This document shows positions 35,680 to 44,765 of a stretch of DNA of 64,000 nucleotides, piece by piece. The stretch lies in assembly GCA_964421215.1 (NCBI GenBank), contig CAYQWA010000021.1, forward strand, positions 20,571 to 84,570, given 5' to 3'. The notes under the pieces are model-generated. The model saw only the letters and a program-made list of their open reading frames with translations, was not told where the DNA came from and made no database searches. How positions within the stretch are numbered: position 1 is the stretch's first letter; every line of letters starts with the position of its first letter. This stretch comes from an uncultured Bacteroidales bacterium (lineage in GTDB: Bacteria; Bacteroidota; Bacteroidia; Bacteroidales; JAADJA01). The translations under genes and the position numbers were made by a program.

Positions 35680-36453
35680 CTACTGACCTACTTTCTCAAC
35701 ACCAATATTTTGGCCAAGTTGACGATTGGTTAATCCCGGTCCCTGACCATGATGTATAGGCACCCGTCCTCTTAAATCAGGTAATTTAAAGGTAACTTCA
35801 CCATCTCCGCCATATATAGTTCCCAAAAGCGAGAACAGGGCAGAATTTTGGGAAATTTGCAAAGTCTGTCCATTGCAAAATGCCCATCCCTGTGGAGGAA
35901 AATTTCCGGCAAACATAATTATCTCACCTAAATATGGATCTGCTCCTTTATTTTCGGTTGGATATGTACCCACTAAAGCTATGATATAACTTATGCCTAA
36001 TGAAGGTTGCATATTGGAATTATTTCCAAAGGTCAATGTATTTCCGTTACCCGTAAAGTTTGTTCCTTTAATGGTACCGTTTACATCTAATTTTTCACCC
36101 GGAATTGGAACACCTATACCAACATTGCCACTTACATTGCTGACCATATTATTGCCATTTACGGCCCAGTCACCATCACTACCACCGCTAAATTGAGTCC
36201 AGGCAGCTCCCGTGAAGAAGTAAAAATTATTATCATCAGTAACATAAACAAGCAGTCCGGTGGCCGGTGACACGATGGCATCACGTTCGGCAGCTGTCAT
36301 ACGAGGGACCAGCATCCCTTTGTCAGAGCTTTTCACATCCAGCATAGCTGATGCATCGGCACTGCTTCCATCCGTTGTAACAGCTACCTGAGCGTTTACG
36401 CTGAAACCCGCAATCATTATAATTCCAATTAGAAGTAGATTTATTTTTTTCAT
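35680..36453 (-). CDS. Secreted phage-tail-collar domain protein (MdpB-like), paralog B
   Basis: It has the same architecture as paralog A, and the N-terminal ~90 aa are nearly identical. The collar region reads NMQPSLGISYIIALVGTYPTEN...PYLGEIIMFAGNFPPQGWAFCNGQTLQISQNSALFSLLGTIYGGDGEVTFKLPDLRG. Confidence 0.87.
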   Translation of the reverse strand: MKKINLLLIGIIMIAGFSVNAQVAVTTDGSSADASAMLDVKSSDKGMLVPRMTAAERDAIVSPATGLLVYVTDDNNFYFFTGAAWTQFSGGSDGDWAVNGNNMVSNVSGNVGIGVPIPGEKLDVNGTIKGTNFTGNGNTLTFGNNSNMQPSLGISYIIALVGTYPTENKGADPYLGEIIMFAGNFPPQGWAFCNGQTLQISQNSALFSLLGTIYGGDGEVTFKLPDLRGRVPIHHGQGPGLTNRQLGQNIGVEKVGQ

Positions 36454-36518
36454 TTTTTAAAGATTTATAAATTTTCTTTCGTTATTTCTTGAATTAATTT
36501 ATCCTTCTTTCCAGGAAG

Positions 36519-37958
36519 TTATTTAACAAAGATTTTTGCTGTAGCCGTTTCGCTATTGCTGATAACTTTAACCATAAATACATTTGACTTTAGGTTTAAC
36601 GGTAGTTGGTTAACTAGATTTGTTGTTTTTGTTTGCATTACCTTTTTACCGGAAATATCAAATATCCAAATCTCAGCTGAGAAGTTCGGATCAGATAAAT
36701 TAGATGAGGCAAAATTTACATTCAGCACTTTGCCACTTGAATAAATATTAATATTACTGTTTAGTTCTGACGCATTGGGTTCGGTAAAATAAATGAGAAA
36801 ACTTTTATCATTACCGGCATTGTAATCGAAAGTATACGAATCATTTTCTTTTAAATTCTGAATAAATCCAGATTCACTATCTATCAGATAAATCGGTGTG
36901 TTGTCGTCAAATGTTTCTATTTCAGAGGCATTGATAATATATTCACCACTTATTCCAGCTCTGAAATAAAGAAGAACGATTTCGTTTCCTTCAATAGCAG
37001 GAAGCGTATTGATGGCCATGTTTTCATTTTCTGATTTTGTAAATAAAATGGGCACATCAGGACTATCGGATATTATTTTATAAACATCAAACAAACGGTC
37101 AATCTTTTGTGTTGAACTTTGATTAAAGCGGATGGCTGTTTTTGTGGTTATTTCATTTCCTGTAACTGATAATAATAACATTTGATCATCTTCATTGTTT
37201 TTATAGAATGCCTGCCCGCTATGTACCCTATCGTTGTTTTCAAATGTTAAAGTCCCAGAGCCGCTGGTTGCTCTCACAAAAAAGCCCTGTCCGGATGATA
37301 TATATTGTGAAGTGGTATTTGCACCACCCCCCCCGTTAATATAATACACATAATCACCATTGGCGCCGATTGTTGGATCAAAAAGCCAGATGGCGCCATT
37401 GAGTTCACCAGGAATTGAAACTGCATCCCAATCTATGCTGGACGGATATGGATTTCCTAACAAGTTCCAGCCCAAACCATTTTCTGAAAATGATTTGTTA
37501 ATCGTACCCGAATTTGTGTTTCCTGTAAAAACTTCGGTTGTTGAACCAGCTTCAACTGACCACAATGAATAGCCCTGCATCACTTCAAAAATGGAAGATT
37601 CGGAAGTAAGGTCTGACCATCCGTTAGAAGATTCGGTATGAGACTGGACATAATCATCTAAAAACAAACCTGCTTGAGCGAGGCTCACCGGTGATGAGAA
37701 AAGATGCCACCTCCCTTCTGTAATATAACGTTGAACAAAAGCCTGCCCACCTCCATTGTATGTAAGGTTTCCATGATCAATTAAGGAGGCATCACCTGAT
37801 GCATCAGATTCAAGAACAAGATCACCACTACTGATATCGAGCGAGCTCCCTGAATTTATAGTAATGTTAGTATTTGGCTCAATACGCAACTCCTGAGCAT
37901 ATATCCAGGAAACTGAAATGGAAAGCATCAGAATAATAGTAAATTTTAATTTTTCCAT
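36519..37958 (-). CDS. T9SS-secreted protein of unknown function
   Basis: It has a signal peptide and a C-terminal sorting-domain-like end (IWIFDISGKKV...VFMVKVISNS...KIFVK). About 380 aa of its body are homologous to residues ~790-1180 of the 48733..52521 product. Confidence 0.82.
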   Translation of the reverse strand: MEKLKFTIILMLSISVSWIYAQELRIEPNTNITINSGSSLDISSGDLVLESDASGDASLIDHGNLTYNGGGQAFVQRYITEGRWHLFSSPVSLAQAGLFLDDYVQSHTESSNGWSDLTSESSIFEVMQGYSLWSVEAGSTTEVFTGNTNSGTINKSFSENGLGWNLLGNPYPSSIDWDAVSIPGELNGAIWLFDPTIGANGDYVYYINGGGGANTTSQYISSGQGFFVRATSGSGTLTFENNDRVHSGQAFYKNNEDDQMLLLSVTGNEITTKTAIRFNQSSTQKIDRLFDVYKIISDSPDVPILFTKSENENMAINTLPAIEGNEIVLLYFRAGISGEYIINASEIETFDDNTPIYLIDSESGFIQNLKENDSYTFDYNAGNDKSFLIYFTEPNASELNSNINIYSSGKVLNVNFASSNLSDPNFSAEIWIFDISGKKVMQTKTTNLVNQLPLNLKSNVFMVKVISNSETATAKIFVK

Positions 37959-38197
37959 AGTTTCAATTTTAATTATTAGACTAACAGCCCATGAACGATT
38001 ATGTTTATGTTAAAATATTTTAACAATTTTCAGCTACCTGGAATTAACAAGTTTGCGGTTCCCAGAAGTTTAAGCAAAATTTATGATTATAATTGCGAAA
38101 TTTGTCAATGTCTTTTTCAAAGTCATGAACAACAGTGAAATTGAAAACTTAAATACAAAGAGTATAACGGTATCTATTTTAACAAAACTTCCCATTA

Positions 38198-39427
38198 ATG
38201 AAATCAATAGTACTTATAATTATCTGTTCAATTCTGGGGTATAATTTAACGGCCCAAAGCAATAATTCGCTTGCTTTAACACCACCCATGGGCTGGAACT
38301 CGTGGAACCTTTTTGAAGGGGACATTTCTGAAGACCTGTTAAAGGAAATTGCAGATGCCATGGTAGAAACAGGCATGAAGGACGCAGGCTATGAATACAT
38401 CATAATTGATGACATCTGGCAGGGTGGCCGGGATAACAGAAACAACATCATTCCCGATCCTGAGAAATTTCCAAATGGGATTAAAGTCCTGGCTGATTAT
38501 GTTCATTCCAAAGGATTGAAGTTGGGAATTTATTCCACAGCAGCACAAAAAACCTGTGCAGGGTATACTGCCAGCTATGGATTTGAAGAACAGGATGCTC
38601 AAACTTTTGCCGACTGGGGAATCGACTACCTGAAATACGATTACTGCAATGCACCAAGTGATATGCTTTCGGCCATTGAACGATACAAAAAAATGAGTAA
38701 TGCCCTAAAAAAAACAGGAAGACCAATTGTATATGCAATCTGTGAATGGGGACAGCGAAAACCCTGGCTCTGGGGGAATGAAGCAGGTGGCCACCTTTGG
38801 CGGACTACCTGGGATTCACGGGATGTGTGGGAAACACCTCAATATGATGGAGGACATGCAGGAATACTTAATATACTTGACAAACAGGTAGGACTGGAAG
38901 CTTATGCGGGACCAGGAGGGTGGAATGATCCTGATTTGTTAATGGTTGGATTGTACGGCAAAGGAAAGTCGTCTTCCTGGGATGGTTCTCCCGGTTGTAA
39001 CGATGTGGAATACAAAAGCCACTTCAGTCTTTGGTGTATGCTGGCTGCACCATTGATCGTTAACCTGGATGTAAGGAACATGAATGAAGCCACAAAAAAC
39101 ATTCTTCTAAATGAGGAAATGATTGCCATCGACCAGGATCCGCTTGGAAAACAGGGATTCAAATATTCGGATGATGGTGATTTCGAAGTATGGTTAAAAG
39201 AGTTGGCTGATGAAGAGGTTGCTATATGCCTGTTGAACAGAAGTGCTGAAACAATTCAAAGAGGAATCAATCTGCAATCAATACTTCACAGGTTCAATAA
39301 CCAGGATAATTCATACAGGGCTCGTGATGTTTGGGCTGGCACTGCTTCAAATATTACTGCCCTGCCTGGCCAGTATACTATTGAACCGCATGGTGTGGTG
39401 GTATTGAGGCTTTTGAAGGAGAAATAA
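38198..39427 (+). CDS. Alpha-galactosidase, GH27
   Basis: Motifs are TPPMGWNSWN, GYEYIIIDD, GLKLGIY and the nucleophile region DYLKYDYCN. Confidence 0.93.
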   Translation: MKSIVLIIICSILGYNLTAQSNNSLALTPPMGWNSWNLFEGDISEDLLKEIADAMVETGMKDAGYEYIIIDDIWQGGRDNRNNIIPDPEKFPNGIKVLADYVHSKGLKLGIYSTAAQKTCAGYTASYGFEEQDAQTFADWGIDYLKYDYCNAPSDMLSAIERYKKMSNALKKTGRPIVYAICEWGQRKPWLWGNEAGGHLWRTTWDSRDVWETPQYDGGHAGILNILDKQVGLEAYAGPGGWNDPDLLMVGLYGKGKSSSWDGSPGCNDVEYKSHFSLWCMLAAPLIVNLDVRNMNEATKNILLNEEMIAIDQDPLGKQGFKYSDDGDFEVWLKELADEEVAICLLNRSAETIQRGINLQSILHRFNNQDNSYRARDVWAGTASNITALPGQYTIEPHGVVVLRLLKEK

Positions 39428-39445
39428 GAAACACAATAAAGTTTT

Positions 39446-39560
39446 AACCGCAAAGACCGCAATGAATACGCTATGAGCTCAATGGTTTTCAATTTTTATG
39501 ATAGCTTAATATTGCCTTTGCGTTTCTTTTAATCTATAAATCTTTGCGCCCTTTGCGGTT
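39446..39560. repeat. Approximately 20-bp inverted repeat (AACCGCAAAGACCGCAATGA ... TCTTTGCGCCCTTTGCGGTT) separated by ~75 bp, between convergent genes
   Basis: The reverse complement of the right arm is AACCGCAAAGGGCGCAAAGA. A further related copy, TTGCCTTTGCGTTTC, lies at ~39513. The right arm abuts the TonB-receptor stop codon. Confidence 0.75.
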
Positions 39561-39561
39561 A

Positions 39562-41943
39562 TTAAAACACAACCTTATAACTTATATTCGGGATTACAAT
39601 GATCTGCTTATCCCTATCGATGGAATCCTCTAAATAGTTATACCTGTACCCGAAATATTCAGGAGCCCCAAGTGCGTTTAATATTTGAAAACTCCATATG
39701 CTGGCATGTTTGGGTTTGTTTTTCCTGAAGTTGATTGTTAAATGTAAATAGTAAACAGTTGGCTTCTGTTCTGAAAAAGCCAAAGAATAATCATAGATGA
39801 CTTCTTTTTCAAGGTAAGTTGTAGCCATATCCACGGGGGTTTGTCTGTCACCGCCGTTAATACTAAATTTTCCGTTTACACCCAGCGAGTTATTTTTATG
39901 ACCGCGGCCCAGTTTCCACTCTTTTCCGGCCAGCAGGTTTACAACGTAGTTTTTATTGAACCGTGAGTCCCGGCTTATGCCATCTCCACCTGAATATTCC
40001 GAGTGGAACAAAGAGGTTGTTACCAGGAAGTAATACCCGCTATGCATAAAACGTTCCAGGGTTAAGTCCAATCCGTAGTTTTCACCTGTGCCCTCATTGG
40101 TTAGTTTTTGGTTGATGAACCAATTCTGGTCAACATTGATCATGGAGAAGGATGTGCCTGGTTCAACAGGAATATCAAACATATGCTGATAATAAACTTC
40201 AGCCTTGAAATTTAATTGTTGTCCAATGGTTCTGTCATAGCCCAATACAAAATGATGTGATTTTGAAAGTTCAAGATCTCTGTTAGGCCTGATCAACCCA
40301 ACCGGAGTTTGCTGCTGACCCAGATAAACGAACAACATTTCCAACCGGCTATGTAATCCATAACCCAGGCTAATCGATTGTGTGGGAGATAAATTGTATC
40401 GAAAACCTAACCTTGGTTCAATGGAGTAGTTATTATTCAGGGTAAAATATTGCACATGCAATCCCGCATTCAATGTAAGTTTTTCATTTAAATCAAAACG
40501 GGATTGTGTATAAGCCTGAAGCAGTTCAGAGGAACCTTTATCATCTACATGATTAACTAGTTCCTCCATAAATTCAGGAGCCTTTTGTATAAGTATATCG
40601 TAATTCATAAGGTTAAACGAAACACCTGTCCTGTTTGTATGACGAGCATTGAACTTATGGCTCAGACCTGTTGAGAATACATAATTCCACGATTTTGTAT
40701 TCAGATACGATTGAGGGTAAACGATTTTTGTATAATCTATTTTATTATCCTCGGAACTTATCCCACTTCCAGATACGGCGATGGATGAGCTCAGCAAACT
40801 CTTTTTACCCAGTATTAATTTATGGGATAATCCAAGAGCGGCCATTGAGGTCTTGCTTTCTCCTTCTTCCCGGTCTTCCTTATATTCCCAATCCTCGGGA
40901 TTTGTATCTTCATCTATTTCTGCTCCGGATTTATCAGTAGAACCAAGACCCCATAAAGAGAATATTCCGGCCTTTTTAGTAGGAAAATCTGTTTTGAAAG
41001 AAAGGTCCTGGTAAGTGATCAGTCCGGCATTATCAGGAAGAATAGGCTTAATAATGCCAAACATGGAATACCTGTAATTAAAGAGGTAGGTTGCGGGCTT
41101 GCCTTTTTTATAAGGCCCTTCTGATGAAAAATCAAGGCCTGTAATTCCAGCCTGGAAAGTATGTTCACGCTTGTCTCGGTTCCCTGATCGTAGCTTCAGA
41201 TCAAATACTCCGGAAAGTGCATTCCCAAATTCAGCGGGAAAGGCAGCCGTATAAAAATCAGAGTTATCGATCATTTGTGAACTGAGGGAACTAATTCCTC
41301 CGCCTCCAAACGTAGATAAATTAGCAAAGTGGCTTGGATTGGCGATCTCCAGTCCTTCCAGCCTCCATAAAACACCTTTTGGGGCATTACCCCTAACAAT
41401 GATCCCGTTGCTGTTCATATTACCAGCTGCAACACCAGCATAAGAGGAAGCCAATCGTGCAGGATCATCAAATGCCCCTGCATACCTCCTGGCTTCTTCC
41501 ATATTGATTTGCCGGGAACTGAGGATAGCCATTGTATTTAGTGGCTTCTTTTTGTCTATCTCAGCTTTAATTATTACTTCGTCCAATTCAACCAGGGATT
41601 CCTTCAGGCTTGCATTGATAATTACTTCCTTTCCTGATCCAACTTCAACTTCAGTAATGTAGACAGGTTCATAGCCCATAAAGCTTATCTGAATGTTGTA
41701 TCTGCCCAAGGGAACATTGTCAACACGGTAGTATCCATCGGCATCTGAACTCGACCCAAGCAAAGGATCTGTATCCATGATCAGAACAGTAGCACCCGGA
41801 ATAGGAATTTCGGTGTCCAGTTCCACAATCCGGCCCTTGAGGGTTTGTTTTAAATTTTGAGAAAATAGGCTCTGTGATATCAGAATCGCGATGAGTAGTA
41901 ATCCAAGTAAAATCAGAAGCCTGTAACTGTTCCTTACTTTCAT
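39562..41943 (-). CDS. TonB-dependent receptor with an N-terminal carboxypeptidase-regulatory-like domain (not SusC-type)
   Basis: Motifs are GRIVELDTEIPIPGATVLI, DADGYYRVDNVPLGRYNIQISFMGYE and the plug-like IVRGNAPKGVLWRLEGLEIANPSHF. It has a long beta-barrel region ending in F. Confidence 0.88.
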   Translation of the reverse strand: MKVRNSYRLLILLGLLLIAILISQSLFSQNLKQTLKGRIVELDTEIPIPGATVLIMDTDPLLGSSSDADGYYRVDNVPLGRYNIQISFMGYEPVYITEVEVGSGKEVIINASLKESLVELDEVIIKAEIDKKKPLNTMAILSSRQINMEEARRYAGAFDDPARLASSYAGVAAGNMNSNGIIVRGNAPKGVLWRLEGLEIANPSHFANLSTFGGGGISSLSSQMIDNSDFYTAAFPAEFGNALSGVFDLKLRSGNRDKREHTFQAGITGLDFSSEGPYKKGKPATYLFNYRYSMFGIIKPILPDNAGLITYQDLSFKTDFPTKKAGIFSLWGLGSTDKSGAEIDEDTNPEDWEYKEDREEGESKTSMAALGLSHKLILGKKSLLSSSIAVSGSGISSEDNKIDYTKIVYPQSYLNTKSWNYVFSTGLSHKFNARHTNRTGVSFNLMNYDILIQKAPEFMEELVNHVDDKGSSELLQAYTQSRFDLNEKLTLNAGLHVQYFTLNNNYSIEPRLGFRYNLSPTQSISLGYGLHSRLEMLFVYLGQQQTPVGLIRPNRDLELSKSHHFVLGYDRTIGQQLNFKAEVYYQHMFDIPVEPGTSFSMINVDQNWFINQKLTNEGTGENYGLDLTLERFMHSGYYFLVTTSLFHSEYSGGDGISRDSRFNKNYVVNLLAGKEWKLGRGHKNNSLGVNGKFSINGGDRQTPVDMATTYLEKEVIYDYSLAFSEQKPTVYYLHLTINFRKNKPKHASIWSFQILNALGAPEYFGYRYNYLEDSIDRDKQIIVIPNISYKVVF

Positions 41944-42072
41944 GTCATCATTTTGTTAAATCACAATTAATGACAAGAACAAAGGTTTACCGTTGCAATT
42001 TATTAGTAATTTTCTAAAAGAAGGTTGGGTACTACTTTAAACAAAAGTATAAAGTCCGGTCAGTATTTTATG

Positions 42073-43524
42073 CTATTCCTCTTCCTCAATATACCTCGTT
42101 GAGGCCTCTTTAGCTCCAAAGCTAAACCGCAGGAAACCAAATGCCAGAGAGACAGTCGGATTCTCTTGTTTAAAGATACTTAATATGTTCCTGTTAGCAA
42201 TACCAATTTCCCAAGTAGTATTTTCTGTTTTTATGGGGTAGAACAAAATACCCAATTGGGCATTTGTTCCAAATTTACCGCCTGAAACTACCCCGGCAGA
42301 AAACTGAACCCATTCAGCAGCATCAAATTTTCCTCCAAAACAGAATATCGGTTTTTCATACATTCCGGGAACCTTATCACCCAGGGGCAGATAGAAGTCT
42401 GCACCTGCTTCTAATACATCAAGTATTTTGTAACTGGCACCACCCCTGAAATTCATAGGAAGGTTTAAGGTCTGGCTTTCTATTCCCTCCCACAAGCTGG
42501 TTTCATCATCCAGATCATCAGCATTGATTAGCTGACCTTCTGAAAAAACATTGTAGTTATCCATCCCATCGGTATCCATTTCAACTACCCGTACATCGTT
42601 TCCCTGGTACACATTTCCATCCCATTTAATGCTTCCTATATCGTTTAATGCAAGACTGATCCTCAGTTTTTCTTTATATTCCACAGTGGTCCCTATATCA
42701 AAACCAAATCCGCTACCCACTTTTTTATATCCTGATCCTTCAACCTGAGAAGGTGTAGGATCATCATATTCCACTTCGAAAATAGGGCTTAACGATGAAT
42801 AGCCAACCAGGGTGCCATCATCAGACTGGTGGTATTGCAACATGCCGTATCCGACCAGGTATTTTAATCCAACACCTGCATACCAGTTAATGTCATCCGT
42901 TTTAAGTACTTTGCGTCCATAACCAAAATTGAATTCACGGAAGTACAAAAAATTCTGCTCTGTTCCTTCGTATATTTCTGATGCGTAGAGGGCATTGGTA
43001 GAATAACCTGTTGTATCTTCACCTGCCACAGCAAGGGAATCGAAGTAGGGATCATGCCAACCCTTAAACAAAAAGTCGGCTGCTTTATCATTCAGAAAGG
43101 AATGCCATACCAGGCGTTCTCTTACATTAAAAGCAAATCCTCCAATTTCTTCATCCTGGTAAGAAAATCCTACACCCATAAAACTGCCGATTCCAATAAG
43201 CCGGGTATCGGTAAACTCTCCGGCTGCTGCGTCTTTTTCATCCAAATCCAATTTAATGTTGCTGTCAAATAAATCATTAACAACCTGCTTACGTGTTAAT
43301 TGTTCGGAATAAATGGTGAATCCAAATTCAGTAAAGCCAAGGTTCATGGTATGATCGTTTCGTGACCACCCGAGATTGGCCGGATTAATACCTAAACACT
43401 GGTAATCGGTTACTGAAGAAGTTGAATATCCGGCTCCGGTAAAACTAAAGGCACTGAGCTCTGTTTGTGAAAATACAATGGAGGCACTACATAGCAGCAC
43501 TGCTAAGATCAGATATTTTTTCAT
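42073..43524 (-). CDS. Putative outer-membrane beta-barrel protein (DUF5723/PorV-FadL-like; family uncertain)
   Basis: It has a signal peptide, an early GINPANLGW motif, and alternating hydrophobic/aromatic-Gly strand patterns throughout. Confidence 0.7.
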   Translation of the reverse strand: MKKYLILAVLLCSASIVFSQTELSAFSFTGAGYSTSSVTDYQCLGINPANLGWSRNDHTMNLGFTEFGFTIYSEQLTRKQVVNDLFDSNIKLDLDEKDAAAGEFTDTRLIGIGSFMGVGFSYQDEEIGGFAFNVRERLVWHSFLNDKAADFLFKGWHDPYFDSLAVAGEDTTGYSTNALYASEIYEGTEQNFLYFREFNFGYGRKVLKTDDINWYAGVGLKYLVGYGMLQYHQSDDGTLVGYSSLSPIFEVEYDDPTPSQVEGSGYKKVGSGFGFDIGTTVEYKEKLRISLALNDIGSIKWDGNVYQGNDVRVVEMDTDGMDNYNVFSEGQLINADDLDDETSLWEGIESQTLNLPMNFRGGASYKILDVLEAGADFYLPLGDKVPGMYEKPIFCFGGKFDAAEWVQFSAGVVSGGKFGTNAQLGILFYPIKTENTTWEIGIANRNILSIFKQENPTVSLAFGFLRFSFGAKEASTRYIEEEE

Positions 43525-43670
43525 AGGGCAAATTTTTAGTGGTTAATCAGGTCAAATATAGTATGATTTATCGCTAAAATCAATTTTTCAGGGAGAAAAT
43601 GTGAATTATTTAACATAAATCATGATGAACTTTTAGTACCTTAGCATGACATAATCATCACAACCATCAT

Positions 43671-44753
43671 ATGTTTATTAAAAAAATCATAACACTATTT
43701 GTGCTATTATTAGCTGGGGTAATAGCCAACAAGGTCGCAATATCTCAGGAGACTAACCCGACCTTAACGCGAACGGCAGATTCAATCCAGGCCAATGACC
43801 AACAAGCGGAAATATTATATAATCAGGCTCACGATTGGTATAATGAAGGGCATTATGATTCCGCCTTTCAGGCATTGAACCAGGCTCTGCTAATAAACAA
43901 TGAATTTTCAGATGCCTATAACAACAGCGGTTTTGTAAAGTACATGCTGAAAGATTTCGATGGAGCATTGCTTGATTTTAATGCAGCCATTGAGCTGAAT
44001 CCCACACCTCAATCTTATTTTGGCAGGGGCATGACAAATCTGGCAACAAATTCATTAAAAGCGGCACAGGAAGATTTCACTTCAGCTATTTCTTTAAAAC
44101 CCGGGTATGCTGAAGCCTTTTATTACAGGGGAGGGATCCACTTTAACCTGGGTGAATATCCGCAGGCAATTGATGATTACACTCGTGCGATCACCCTTAA
44201 AAATGATTACGCTTATGCATACAACGACAGGGGAAGTGCACATCTCAAATCAGGCAATATTGAGCAAGCCAAAAATGATTATTATAAATCCTCCCTGCTT
44301 GATCCGGGAATGTACTTTGCATTTAACAACCTTGGTGGAGTTAAGATGCAACTTGAAGATTATAAGGGAGCGTTAGCAGACTTTACTGCTGCTGTAAAAA
44401 TTAATCCAGATTATTACATTGCGTTTAACAATCGAGGGGAAGCCAAATACATGCTGGAGGATTATGAAGGAGCCCTGGAAGATTTTTCCAAGGCACTTGA
44501 ACTCAGCCCCAAATACCTGAATGCCATCAACAACAGGGGCAATGCTAAATACAAACTGGAGGATTATTCCGGAGCAGTGGACGACTATAATGCAGTGCTT
44601 AAAAAAGATCCTGAAAACGGATCGGTGTATTTAAACAGGGGGATATCAAAAGAGATGCTTCGTGATGAAAAGGGGGCCTGTGAAGATTGGAAAAAAGCTG
44701 CTGACCTTGGTATTGAAGCCGCCGGAGATTATATAACTGATTGTGAATATTAA
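43671..44753 (+). CDS. TPR-repeat protein, secreted
   Basis: It has a signal peptide and about 9 consecutive 34-aa TPR units (A..DF..AI.L.P.Y..A(Y/F)NNRG). Confidence 0.9.
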   Translation: MFIKKIITLFVLLLAGVIANKVAISQETNPTLTRTADSIQANDQQAEILYNQAHDWYNEGHYDSAFQALNQALLINNEFSDAYNNSGFVKYMLKDFDGALLDFNAAIELNPTPQSYFGRGMTNLATNSLKAAQEDFTSAISLKPGYAEAFYYRGGIHFNLGEYPQAIDDYTRAITLKNDYAYAYNDRGSAHLKSGNIEQAKNDYYKSSLLDPGMYFAFNNLGGVKMQLEDYKGALADFTAAVKINPDYYIAFNNRGEAKYMLEDYEGALEDFSKALELSPKYLNAINNRGNAKYKLEDYSGAVDDYNAVLKKDPENGSVYLNRGISKEMLRDEKGACEDWKKAADLGIEAAGDYITDCEY

Positions 44754-44765
44754 TATCAGAACATC

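Noticed and set aside
34876-36453. Tail-collar genes as evidence of a prophage or phage-tail-like (tailocin/eCIS) element
   Set aside because: No sheath, tube, baseplate, capsid, terminase or integrase genes occur anywhere in the window. Both proteins have Sec signal peptides, which structural phage proteins lack.
42042-42049. A TAnnTTTG match (minus strand, TACTTTTG) upstream of the TonB-receptor gene
   Set aside because: It lies ~100 nt from the start codon, with no supporting -33 element checked. The 8-mer is expected by chance in AT-rich spacers, so I did not annotate it as a feature.
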